64,000 bases of DNA from Chiloscyllium plagiosum (Eukaryota), in NCBI RefSeq assembly GCF_004010195.1, contig NC_057718.1, forward strand, positions 28,332,377 to 28,396,376. The letters run 5' to 3'. Numbering within the stretch: position 1 is the stretch's first letter; each line of letters starts with the position of its first letter. The translations under genes and the position numbers were made by a program. This document shows positions 48,246 to 60,247 of this stretch, piece after piece. The notes below the pieces were generated by a model. The model saw only the letters and a list, made by a program, of their open reading frames with translations, had not been told where the DNA came from and searched no databases.

Positions 48246-49504
48246 TTCCATCATCTCTGTTTTCTTGCCAAAGAGGCTGCCAGACCTGCTGAGTTTCTCC
48301 AAAGATTTCTGTGTTTTCTCCAGCAAAGAATTATTCCAGCACTGATGCATTAAGTGGCAGAACATCTGCCAGTCTTCATGCTCTATAGTAGTCTGTGCAG
48401 CCAGCTGGCATGAAAGAACCAAGAGAAGACAATGAAGTCATGTACAGTTTGGATACGCTCAAATAACAAGCAATCTACCCTTCAAACAGAGGAGTTCTTA
48501 GTACACAAAAGTGAATTCTAAACCATGCAAGAGGCAAACGTATGTAGAAACACATTCAAAATGTTCAACAATTTCATAGCACACCAAATTAAAATAATTT
48601 TACATTAACTTTAATCTGTCGTTCTTTCACAGTGCAAAAGATTATATGGTTCACCTGTGAGTACCTGGATGACACTCTAAGTTCAAGACTGTTGACCTTC
48701 GTTGCTGTACTACATTACAAAGGACAGATTGTCCCCTCTAGGGCACTGAAAGCAATTGACGCACTTCAGACATAGCCCTTGAGTACACTGCACCCCATCA
48801 TGTGCCGGTACATTTGAGCTGCTGTGAGTTGTCTGTACCACAATGGTCAGAGACACAGCTGTGCCCTGTCCCCTCCAACCATTGTGTCATACTTACCCAT
48901 CAGAATATATCTGCAGCTGATTTTGCATTCATTTTCTGAAACTAAACTGAGGAAAGATATGTTAAAAAATTAAGGAAAATGAACAATGTCAAATACTGAC
49001 AGCCCAATTTTAAATCCAAAGAACCACGATCAGAAGACATTCTGAGTTACTCTGACAAGTTTGGAGTTAGTGAGAACAAGTGGACATCACTAACTTTCAC
49101 TTACTTGTCAGAAAATACAAATTTTCGATATATCTGGAGCTCTGCAATTTTATGCGTTATTTAAAATAAAATTGGCCAGCTCATAGAACCTTGAAATCCT
49201 ATTGAGAAACTATTGAGAAGCTGAGCAGATAATAAGGATAGTCAATAGGGTGATGATGCTCTTCAATCTGTGAAACTAAAAAGGGAATGATGGTGGCATT
49301 TTGATACGTTCCTGAAAACTGTTTCAAGGTATATTATCCACCTACTGAAATCTCAGTAATTTCACCTAATTGCTGTCCTCCCACTCCAATTTCATTGCTG
49401 TTTCAATAATTTCAACCATCTCCCCATTGCTTCCCATTGTCAAATAATAATCTGTAATCAGGTATTTCTATAGAAAAGCACAAAATAGGGCAGCATAGCA
49501 GCTT

Positions 49505-49818
49505 AGGGTGGCATGGTGGCTCAGTGGTTAGTACTCCTCCCTCACAGGACTGGGGACCCAGGTTTGATTCCAGCCTCAGTTGACTGTCTGTGTAGAGTTT
49601 GCACATTGTCACTTGTGTTTGCATGGGTTTCCTCTGGCTTCCTCCTGTAGTCCAAACGTATGTAGGTTAGGTGGATTGGCTTATGCTAAATTGCCCAAGT
49701 GTGCAGCTTAGGTGGGTTAGCCACCAGAAATACAGGTGTAAGGCAAAAGTCTGGGTGGAATACTCTTTAGAGGGCTGGTATGGGCTGAATGGCCTACTTT
49801 CACACTGGGATTCTATGA
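49505..49818 (+). mobile_element. HE1-like V-SINE
   Basis: GGGTGGCATGGTGGCTCAGTGGTTAG, GGTTTGATTCC, TGTGTAGAGTTTGCACATT, tail GGGATTCTATGA. Confidence 0.88.
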
Positions 49819-49911
49819 AATTAAAAATTATGCAACATAAACTGAATGCTCCATATTTTGTGGAACATTATTTTGTGTTCTTATCAAGGACTCAGAGTGG
49901 GGTGGGCATCG

Positions 49912-51761
49912 GCGAGATGGCGCTGAAGAGTGGGTGACTTCCATGCCAATGATGGCAGTGTGGTGAAGGAGACTCACACCTGGCCAACAGGTCCATGGCA
50001 CATGACAGAGCACTTAAGAAGAACTGTAAAGTTGGATAGTTTTTCTTTATTTCTTCATTTTCTGCCTTTATATTATCTATTTTGGTTTAACATTTCTGTC
50101 TTAAGATGGTGTCAGTTCTAAGACCATAAGACCATATGACATTGGAGCAGAAATTAGGCCATTCAATCATGGCTGATAAGTTTCTCAACCCCATTCTCCC
50201 TCTTTCTCCCTATAACCCTTGATCCCCTTGATACTCAAGAATCTATCTATCTCAGTCTTAAATATACTTATGACTAGGCCTCCAAAGAGTTCTCTAGAAA
50301 TGAATTCCATCAATTCACCACTCTCTGGCTGAAGAGGTTTCTGCTTATCTCCATTCTAAAAGCTCCTCCCTTTACTCTAAGGCCCTCAGGTCCTAGTGTC
50401 TCCTACCAATGAAAACATCTTCCCAACATCTACACTGTCCAGGCCATTCAGTATTCTTTAAGTTTCAATTAGATCTGCCCTCATCCTTCTAAACTCCATG
50501 GAGTGTCAACCCAGAGTCTCAAAAGTTCCTCAAATGTTAAGCATTTCATTCCTGGGACCATTCTCGTTAACCTCCACTGAACAAGCTTCAGGGCCAGTAT
50601 ATCCTTCCTGAGATATGAGACCCAAAACTGTGCACAATACTCCAAATGTGGTGTGACAAGAGCCTTATAGTATCTCAGAAGTACATCCCTGCTTTTATTT
50701 TCAAATCCTTTCAAAATAAATGCCATCATTGCATTTGACTTCCTAACTACTGACTCAACTTGCAAGTTTACCTTGAGAGAATCCTGGACTAGAACTCCCA
50801 AGTCCTTTTGCATTTCAGATTTCTGGATTTTCTGCCCATTTATAAAATATTCCCCGCCTCTATTCTTCCTAACAAAGTGCATCACCTCATACTTTCCCGT
50901 GTTGCACTCCATCTACCACTTCTTTACTCATTCACCTAATCTGCCCAAATCCTTTTGCAGCCTCTCTGCCTCCTCAAAGCTACCTAACCCTCCACCTATC
51001 TTTGCATCATCTGCAAACATAGCCAGAATACCTTCAGTTCCTTCACCTAGATTGTTTGTGGTCCCAACACTGAGCCTTGTGGAACATCACTTGTCACCAG
51101 CTGCCATCATGAGAAGGATCCTTTTATCCCCATTCTCTGCTTTGTGCCAGACAGTCAAGCTTCTATCCATGCTAGCACCTTGCTTCTAACATACTCAGTA
51201 GCCTCCTGTGCAGCACCTTGTCAAAGGCCTTCTTGAAGTCCAGGTAGATACATCCATTGCCTCTCCTTGGTCTAACCCGCTCATTACTTCCTCAAATAAC
51301 TCTAGCAGGTTTGTCAGACATGACCTCCCCTTGATGAAACCATGCTGACTTTGCCCTATTTTACCATATGCTTCCAAATATTCAGAAATCTTATCCTTCG
51401 CAATTGATTTCTACCAACGACTGAGGTTAGGCTAATTGATCTGTACTTTTCTGTCTTTTGCTTTATTCCCGTTTTAAATAGGGGTGTCACATTAGTGATT
51501 TTCCAGTCCTCTGGGACCCTCCCTGATTCTAGCAATTCCAAAAAAGTCACCACTAAAGCCTCCACTACCTCTTCAGCTATCTCCCTTAGCATTCTGGGGT
51601 GGAGTCCATCTGGTCCAGGTGATTTATCCACCTTTAGGTCATTCAGTTTTTCTAGCATCTTCTCCTTAGTGATGGCCACCATACTCAGCTCTGCCCCCTC
51701 ACTCATTGTATTTTTGTAAGAAGATACACATGACAATAAATAAATCAAATCAAATTAAATC
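49912..51761 (+). mobile_element. Short AGATGGCG-headed retroposon split by a CR1 insertion (49912-50116 and 51700-51761)
   Basis: 5' GAGATGGCG, internal AAGATGGTGTCAG, 3' AAGATACACATGACAATAAATAAATCAAATCAAAT. Confidence 0.55.
50117..51700 (-). mobile_element. 5'-truncated CR1 with internal deletions
   Basis: KSPGPDGLHP, YRSISLTS, QHGFIKGRSCLTNLLE, PHLEYCAQFW; tail TAAGACCATAAGACCAT. Confidence 0.9.
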
Positions 51762-51848
51762 AGGTAGTCTACCATCTTTTAGTCCACAATGTAGTGCAAA
51801 TTTCAGACATGAACTAATGCTTTGGTTTCTGTAGGTTATCATTGAGAC

Positions 51849-52059
51849 TAGCGCTTCCCAATCTTCCCAATTCCACCATCATCTCATTTCAAATCATGAA
51901 TACCCAGTAGGAATTGTGGGAGTACGTTAAAGGGAAGAGGGCTGTTCTGTGAGAGAGATACTGCTGTTATAACTCTGTCAAAGTTCCACAATGGGAATAG
52001 CTGCATCATTGCTTGTGATCCCAACATTTCAGTCCCAATCTCCATTTTGGGAAGTCCTG
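51849..52059. mobile_element. Candidate hAT-type MITE
   Basis: Imperfect TIRs TAGCGCTTCCCAA / TTGGGAAGTCCTG; flanks ATTGAGAC / TTCTCGAC only partly match. Confidence 0.35.
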
Positions 52060-53332
52060 TTCTCGACAGTTTACATTTTCCTACTTATCTTGCCTAGCTC
52101 TGGTTAAGTTTTCCTCTTCTAGTCTACACATGTATACCAGGTAGTTCTAGATACAATGAAACTTTGTTATAAGGAACATTTAAAAAATATTCCACTCTAC
52201 AGATTATTAACGAGAACCAAAGCCCAATGTAGGAATCGATTACCTCCAGATTTTATTGGAGTATTACTGAAGTTTGAGCCATTTCAATAACCTAAGATTG
52301 CAGCCACCATTTACGTAATCATTCACTAATTTCAGTCAAAAAAATTTCAGACAACAGTTTAATAATTTTAAAATAAAACTAGAAGTTGGCAATGTTTTCA
52401 GGAAGGCTTTGGCCTATTGGTCTATGGTACTGATGGAGAGTTGGGTATGGGAATGTTATTTTCATTACAACTCACCCAATCATCACTGACTAGAGTTCAG
52501 GGCTCATTGGTGAGAATTCATGAGAATTATGAAAAATATTTCTTCTGTATTACTGTTCCTATTTTAATCCAAGGTTATATTATAATTGACCTCTTTGCTA
52601 ATGTTGTACGCAGCCTGAGACTTACGTATTAAACAAGAAATATAAAATAAAGTGCAAACTAATGATCATCATAACTTATTACATAGTTTTTCTCTAATCT
52701 CCTCAGACTCCTATCAATTACCTTAAACATCTGTCCTCTATTCACCTCTCCTTCAGGCTATAGAAAAGTAGAGCCGCTCTGTATTTAATCAAAGTCCCTT
52801 AATAATTTTAAGATCTCCATTAAATCTCACTTTGACTTTCTGTAAGAAGAATATTCCCAGATTCATTAGTCTCACTCCTCACTCCTGATACCATTCTCTT
52901 AAATCTATTCCCAAATCTTAATAATAGATGGGGAAGGGATTATTAGCTATACAACTTCACAAGGAGTAATGGGCTGAATGATTTTCAAGTAATGGAACAT
53001 ATCATCAAAATGATTTCAAGTCGCACTTGCTTAGTTATAACCTGATCAATTTGGGTTTTGCCAGGGCCACGCAGCTACTGACCTCATTACAGCTTTGGTT
53101 CAGACATGGAGAAAAGAGTTGATTTCCAGAGGTGAGTTTGAGAGTGATTGCTTTTGATGTTAAGACAACACTTGATCAAGTCTGACATCAGGAGCTCTAG
53201 CGTAACAGGAGTCAATAGGAATGAGGAAAGCTCTCTGCTGGTCGGATACCTGGCACATGGGGAGATGGTTGTGCTTGTTGGAGGTTAGTTAACTCAGCTG
53301 AAGGACATCTCTGTAGGAGTTCCGAAGGGTAG

Positions 53333-53450
53333 AGCTTCTCTAATCGACCTGTTCTGAGATGTTATTACACACCCGTCGAGTAGGTAGGACTTGAACCATG
53401 TTTCTTGGTTAATAGATAAGGAGACCACCACTGCACCACAAAGTTCAAGT
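53333..53450 (-). mobile_element. Short tRNA-derived SINE with 14-bp TSD
   Basis: GTTCCGAAGGGTAG (53319-53332) / GTTCCGAAAGGTAG (53451-53464); reverse complement has TGGTGCAGTGG and GGTTCAAGTCC boxes. Confidence 0.75.
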
Positions 53451-53516
53451 GTTCCGAAAGGTAGTATCCAATGCTCAATTATCTTCAGCTGCTTCGTTAA
53501 ATGACCTTTGCTCCAT

Positions 53517-54162
53517 TGTAATCATTATGATCCATTGGCCCCAACTGTTATGGGGTAATGTCCAACTTGCCCTTGTTGGTACCAGGTAATTCAAGTTCTG
53601 ACAGGAACCTGGCTGGATAGGTCATAAAATTTTCTATTTTCTATTTGCTACCAAACTAATTTGTTGCTAAAACCTAAGCTCAGTGTTGCAGTCTTTGTTT
53701 TAACAAAAAGGAGCAAACGTTTATTAACGGAAATGAAGATAAACAAGAAGAAAAAAACTCTATTCCCTTCCATCAAAGATTTCTAAACAGCCCATGTGCA
53801 CACTATATTGATTGAACAGGAGCAACAGCTTTATCTCTAAATCAGTGCATCTGGTACAGCTTACAAGCATTGTTACAATTCGAAGAAAATCTAGCGGTTT
53901 ACCTATAACAAGATCCCCTCTCAAACAGTTTTTATCACAGGCTGAAAATGAAAGTCTGTCGAGAAAATTATCCCGCTCGGCCCACTGATTAATTATGTGG
54001 GAATTCTGGACAATGTCCTCTCAGCTGGAATTATGGGTATTATATTTTTAAAAACTAATGTTAGCTCCAAATGTAGACAAACCCATGTGTTTACTTAGAA
54101 TTCCAAGAATCCAAACTGCAGTAAACATTATTAAAATATACACAAATCTCTGTTTCATCACA
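53517..54162. mobile_element. Probable solo LTR inserted in the LINE
   Basis: TGTAAT...ATCACA ends; the LINE frame (NDL..../ RSE.G.F.DD) rejoins when it is removed; TSD not clean. Confidence 0.5.
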
Positions 54163-55479
54163 TTAGGTCAGAAATGGGGGTGTTTACTGATGATGTTCCT
54201 GCCCCTGTTTTAATCTAAGGTTAAATTGTCCACTCCTGTTTCCTCAAATACTGAAGCACTCTATGTCCAAATGTAACGTGATGTGGACAATATCCAGGTT
54301 GGACTGGCAACGAGCAAATAACATTCACACCACACAAGTGTATGTTAATCAACAAGAGAGTATCTGGCCACTATCCCTTGACATTCATTGGCATTACCAT
54401 CACTGAATCACCCAGTATCACCAATCAGGAGGTTACCATTCATTGAAAACTGAATCACGCATTCTTGCCACAAGCTCACATTGGAAAGTAGGAATCCTGC
54501 AATGAGTTCCTCACTACTTGAATCTCTAAAGTCTATCCGTCATATAAATAACAAAAGTGAGAATATTTATCATAGGCTTGGATAAATGTAGCTCCAACAG
54601 CACTGAAGAAGCTTGATGCCATCCAAGAAAAAACTGCCTGCTTGATTGTTGCCACACCTGCAAACATTCAAACTCCTTGCCACTGTGTACCATGTAAACT
54701 GCAGAAATTCAACGCAACTTAGCAGCAACTTCCAAACCCACCACCAATACTATCCAAAAGAATTAGGACAGCAGAGATATGTGTCATATCCTGCAGGTTC
54801 CCCTCAAAGCCCCTCACCATCCTGAAATCTATTGCTGTCCTTTATATTGCCGGGTTGAAATCTTGGAATTCCCTCCATAAAAGAATTGTGATTCAACTGA
54901 CACAAAATGGACTGCAGCCTTTCAAGAAAGCAGCTCACCACCATTTTCTTGAGCAGCTAGGGATGGGCAATAAATGTTGGCTGAGCCAGTGACATTAGCA
55001 CACCCCGAATGGACAAAATAAAAGCAGCTTCATGGACTGTCAGATCATGTTAGAGAGTCTATTGGTGAGGAAACTTTGAGGCATTGATTGTAAATAAATT
55101 AATTGGCAGTTAGAAAACTGTGGGTTAATAAATGAAAATTTGTAATTATATTTTGGCTTCTTTGGATGAATAGATGGTTGAGGCTAATGCGGAGATATCT
55201 ATAAATAGACTTTCATTTGACTATGTGCCAATAGATTTGTTAGTTAAATTAAATTTCTTGAGACTGTTGAATCGGTGCAAAATGGATATGATATTAGTTC
55301 TTAGCCAATGTCAGTAAGTATATTGATGAACCATTTGTTTTTGAGACTGTGGGAAGGTATAGTGGTCTACTTAGGGTCAGCATTGAGACTGCTCATTTAG
55401 TATAGATTAATAACCTGGATTTGAAATTACAGAACGTCTTTTCAAAGTTTTTATGGTGAACAGTAACACGAGTAGAGTC

Positions 55480-56340
55480 ACTGTTTGTCCTCAGTCTAAG
55501 AATGATGTCCACTCAGTGTTGCATACGTACACCCTCATGACTGAACAGGCTCATTCTTGACCTGCGCATGTTTGAGGATATTCCTGAGGTAGTGGCATCC
55601 AAAACGCAGGACTTGCTTGCTTCTCTATTTTTGTGCTGCTGTACCTCATCATTAGAGAGTTTGGAACATGACAGATCACAGTGTTGCATGACACTGGTCC
55701 AATTTTGATGGCATTTTTTACATTCAGATCTCTCACACAAACCAGTTGCACATCATGAAGCAATTGCAAGATTGCCATAAAGATTCTCAGACATCCAAAT
55801 CTCTGGTAAATAGTCCACTGACCTTACTAAGTCAAATCTTTGTCTTATGAAGAGAGGTCAATGAATGCAATTGTTCCTGATTAGAAATCTGCAGAATTAT
55901 GGGGAAAGCATAGATGTTTGCCATCAAGTATAATGCTCAGCCAGCCAGCATTGAAATGATGGTCCAAATGTCCTCCTGTGCTAGAACAGTTCTGTTATTG
56001 TAATCTCCCTTAGAAGTGCTTACAGATTTGAGATTCGTGTGTGTGTGTGTGTGCGCATGTATGTGAGTTTGTGTTTGTGTGCGCGTGTGTGAGTTTGTGT
56101 TTGTGTGTGCGTGTGTATACGCGCACATATGCGGCCCCAGTGGGGTGTGGTTTGGGGGTGTATGTTGTTTGAAATGTTCTTTCCAGTGTTGACAGATGAC
56201 ATTGTTGTCCTTAAGGAAATAGACATTACTCTGAGTGATGAAAATCTTGCCTATTTGACCTTCGTCTATAGATGACCCTAGTGACTTGAAGAAATCTTTG
56301 CACTTTGTAACAGTCAACAGACTGTTGGATTTCTTGGGCT
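55480..56340 (-). mobile_element. RTE-clade LINE RT fragment, decayed
   Basis: HWKEHF, AFIDL, ILQLLHD motifs on -. Confidence 0.6.
56037..56124. repeat. (TG)n-rich microsatellite
   Basis: GTGTGTGTGTGTGTGCGC... runs. Confidence 0.9.
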
Positions 56341-56394
56341 ATCTCATTCTATCACTTTTGTCTTTTATGTTCCAGGTTTGTCTTTAGGCATGAG

Positions 56395-57152
56395 AAAGGT
56401 TGAATTTGAATGCTGAATACAGGGTTAAAGACAGGATTCTTGGCAGTGTGGAGGAACAGAGGGATCTTGGGGTCCATGTACATAGATCCCTCAAAGTTGC
56501 CACTCAAGTTGATCGGGTTGTTAAGAAAGCATATGGCGTTTTGGCTTTCATTAACAGGGGGATTGAGTTTAAGAGCCGCGAGGTTTTGCTGCAACTTTAT
56601 AATACTCTGATTAGACCACACTTGAAATAGAGTGTCCAGTTCTGGTCGCCTCATTTTAGGAAGGATGTAAATGCTTTAGAGTGGGTGCAGAAGAGATTTA
56701 CCAGATGCTGCCTGGATTGGAGGGCTTGTCTTATGAAGAGAGGTTTAGTGAGCTCAAGCTTTTCTCACTGGAGAGAAGTAGGAGGAGAGGTGACTTGATA
56801 GAGGTGTACAAGGTAATAAGAGGCATAGATAGTGTAGATAGCCAGAGACTTTTCCCCAGGGCAGAATGGCTTTCATCAAGGATCATAATTTTAAGGTGAT
56901 TGGAGGAAGGTATAGGGGAGATGTCAGAGGTAGGTTCTTTACACAGCCTCATGGAATGCATTGCCAGCGGTGATAGTAGAGTCAGAGACATAAGGGACAT
57001 TTAAGCAATTGCTGGACAAGCACATGGATGGCAGTAAATGGAGGGGTCTGTAGGTTAGGTTGATCTTAGATTAAGATAAATGCTTGGCACGAAATCATGG
57101 GCCGATGGGCCTGTACTATGCTGTACTGTTATATGTTCTATGTTCTATGAAC
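56395..57152 (+). mobile_element. 5'-truncated CR1 3' part
   Basis: EQRDLGVHVHRSLKVATQVDRVVKKAYG, RRRGDLIEVYK; tail ATGTTCTATGTTCTATG. Confidence 0.9.
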
Positions 57153-57179
57153 ACAGGTTAAAAACTAAAGGATATAAAT

Positions 57180-57405
57180 GATTCCATGACTACTTTGAAA
57201 ATGAGCAGGAGGGTTACCCTCCAATGCTAGTCAATATTTATCCAGGAATCAATATTTCAAAAACAGATAATTTACTAGATGTCACATTGATAATTGTGGG
57301 ACTTTATTTTTCACGTCACACTTTAAAAGTATCTGATTGGCTGGAAAATATTTTAAGATGACCTGACAATGGGAAAGGTTCCTTAAAATATAAAACTTTC
57401 TTCCT
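57180..57405 (+). mobile_element. Deu-domain SINE 3' part, decayed
   Basis: CCATG..ACTTTGAAAATGAGCAGG...CAATATTTATCC...AAAACAGAT; similar to 18960-19370. Confidence 0.5.
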
Positions 57406-58207
57406 CCTTGATTAGCTGCTGGAAGATGGTGAGGAAAGGATCCCATCTTTTAATTTTACCTCCTTGAATCTATAAATATGTACCAGACTTCCATTTATGA
57501 TTCCCTTAGATGATTCTGGGGTCTAGGACTTAATGAAAATGCTGATAACATTCTCCCAACCAGTCTACTATTTTGTGACCTTACCTAGCAACACACAGCA
57601 CTTTGTACAGTTACACAGCCACTGACACCATCCCTATCACAGAGGTTAGACCAAATTCCCCAAATTTGGTGTCTTAATTGTCTTTAAGGTGAGCTTCCAA
57701 CCAAATACTTTATAGCATCATAAAGACTGACCATCCCAGTGTCTGTAATTCCACCCAACTCTGCTTCTGTCTCGACCCATCTGCTGCTTTCTGATACAAT
57801 CCTGACTGATATCACACATTCTGCACTCTGTAAACTTGAAGCCATCCAAGACTGTAGTCAATCTCCTTATTCACAACAAATTTCTTTCATACATTTATCC
57901 CAAGCCTGCTTACCAAGACTGGCTCAGCAACAGTTTGATTTTAAAATTCTCATCCTTATTTTCAATCCTTTCATGATTTCGTGGTAAAAGATGTGTAATT
58001 TATACTTATTAGTATAATTTATTTTAGTTTGAATTTTGAACCAATGGCATATGGGTTTTAGTCCATGAGTATGAAAAGGTTCAATAATTAATCATTTCTT
58101 GAGCCAAAATTTTAAATCAGTGTGTGTCAGACAGCAGCTGATTGGAACCCTCTTGTGATGATGACGTGAGTTTGTTTGTTGTAAAAGTTTATGGTTTGGG
58201 AGAGCAA

Positions 58208-58342
58208 TATGAATAGGAAGGAATTGGCGGGATATGGGCCGGGTGCTGGCAGGTGGGACTAGATTGGGTTGGGATAGCTGGTTGGCATGGACGGGTTGGA
58301 CCGAAGGGTCTGTTTCCATGCTGTACATCTCCATGACTCTAT
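58208..58342 (+). mobile_element. CR1 3' terminal fragment
   Basis: Near-identical to 1753-1885. Confidence 0.85.
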
Positions 58343-58783
58343 TTAAAGAAATTAGCTTGTTTTTTGTTTCGGAGAATCATGAATCTCATAAATTAGAAGG
58401 TTTTTTTTGTAGAAGTTGGCCTGAGATCTGGCTCGGATCAAACGGAAGAACAATTCCTCCGAGAGAAAGGAGTTAAGAAAGAGGAAATACCTCTCTGTGA
58501 CGGTTTTAGTTGGAAAATTCCCAATCAGACATGTTTGGTTAGAAACGTGAAGGGGTTATTTGAAGCAAAGAAAATTTAACTTCAGTTGCAAGAATAATCA
58601 AGAAGAACTGTCAAGATCTCAAGGAAAGGAGTAGACAGAAACGGTTATGCCCAACTTACAGATGTGATAAAAAGGGAACATAGCGCCTCAGTACCGTAAA
58701 CAGGTGGTATTGGGAATAGATAGGTTGTGTCTAGAAACCTTTCAAATAGTCACATATTTAAATAATTGGCTTTTTTCTATTTT

Positions 58784-59046
58784 ATAAGACCATAACACAT
58801 AGGAGCAGCTGTAGGCCATTCAGGCCACCTGTCTGCTCTACCATTCAATGCGATCATGGCTGATCTGATCATTCTAAATTTCATTTCCTTGCTTTTTCCC
58901 TATCACCCTCGATTCCCTTCAAAGACTGTCTATCTCACGTTGAATAAACTTAGTAACCCAGCCTCAACTGCTCTCTGCAGTAAAGAATTCCATAGATTCA
59001 CTGAGAGAAGAAATTTCTCTTCATTGCTGTCTTAAATGTGTGACTC
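58784..59046 (-). mobile_element. Old CR1 3' end, truncated by the LTR element
   Basis: ATAAGACCATAACACATAGGAGCAG...GATCATGGCTGATCTG. Confidence 0.75.
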
Positions 59047-59754
59047 TGTTATGAAGATGTGGGTGTACTTTAAGAGAGTTAAAAGCACCAAAACTACCGG
59101 GTACAGCACCAAAACTACCGGACACAGCACCAGGTGTTCTCAATCAGGCAACAATGTAACACTCGGTTGAACAACTTGATTAGCTCATTGCCTGTAGACA
59201 AAAACAGATTCGAATTAAGCCAATCAGTTTAAATTATACCCCGAAAAATATCAAACTCCAATCCAGTTTGAATTGAGTATATTGACAATCGTAAAAGCCA
59301 GTGACACAATCCAATTACTTGGGGGTATAAGAAGGGGGAAAATTGAACAGTTAGGAGGAGAACTGCCAAGCCCAGTATGTAAACAGACTGCTTGAAAAAG
59401 AGGTTTCTTAAAACTATCTTTTCAATCAGTGACCAGAAATTCCGAAGAAGAAAAGAAGACACAGGAAGATTCAAATAGAAGCATGAAAGCTGCTTGGTTT
59501 TGAGATAAGAAGGGTGGTTTTGTAAATCTTAATTGGGTGTTTTATCAGACTGGTATTATAGAAGGGAAGGTAAAAGATAGGTTAGAGGAAGAAATTGTAA
59601 ATAGTGGTTAGTTAATTATTCTTTGTTATAATTGAAGAAATAAAGTTGCTAATATTTACATTAAATAGTTTTTGGCCACTCAAACTTTTACAGATTACTG
59701 CACGGGATAAATCTTTTCTGTGTTGCGGGTTTTAAATACAACTGTGTTGTAACA
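59047..59754 (+). repeat. 5' LTR (708 bp) of the Gmr1-like element
   Basis: TGTTA...TAACA inverted termini; TATAA ~59326, AATAAA ~59639; followed by PBS-like TGGGGGC. Confidence 0.8.
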
Positions 59755-59757
59755 GTT

Positions 59758-59770
59758 TGGGGGCCGGATC
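59758..59770 (+). promoter_or_regulatory. Degenerate primer-binding site (tRNA-Pro-like)
   Basis: TGGGGGCCGGAT 3 nt after the LTR end; resembles TGGGGGCTCGTCCGGGAT with an internal deletion. Confidence 0.55.
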
Positions 59771-59811
59771 TGTGAATTGAACTGGTTTAGACAGATTTGA
59801 ATAGATTTTTC

Positions 59812-60114
59812 TTAGATTAGATTCCCTACAATGTGGAAACAGGCCCTTGGGCCCAACAAGTCTACACCAAAGCTCCGAAGAGCAACCCACCGTGACCCAT
59901 TCCCCTGCATTCACCCCTGACTAATGCAACTAACACTATGGGCAACTTAGCATGGATAATTCACCTAACCTGTGCATCTTTGGACCATGGGAGGAAACCG
60001 GAGCACCCAGAAGAAACCCACGCAGACACAGGGAGAAGGTGCAAACTCCACACAGACAGTTGCCCGTGGTGGGAATTGAACCCAGGTCTCTGGCACTGAG
60101 CCACTGTGCTGCCC
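59812..60114 (-). mobile_element. HE1-like V-SINE nested in the LTR element leader
   Basis: Reverse complement has tRNA head, V-domain and CR1 tail. Confidence 0.88.
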
Positions 60115-60247
60115 CTTTGTGGTTACGAAAAGTCCCAGCAGATTTAAACACTTGCAGGTTAGTGTCCTAGATCTTTAAATAAAACATAGGTGAGACAATT
60201 TGTTTAAGTTCAATGACTTGTGGTTGATTAAATTAAAAGTGAGAGAA

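Larger units (their letters stand above)
53040..55010 (+). mobile_element. Old CR1/L2-group LINE RT + 3' end, with two nested insertions
   Basis: QFGFCQGH..DLI.ALVQTW, GVPKG, F..F.NDL, RSE.G.FTDD; 3' GCAGCTCACCACCA...GGGATGGGCAATAAATG. Confidence 0.75.

Noticed and set aside
26000..59000. MSH2 terminal exons expected from mammalian synteny
   Set aside because: No MSH2-like C-terminal sequence found on either strand by eye
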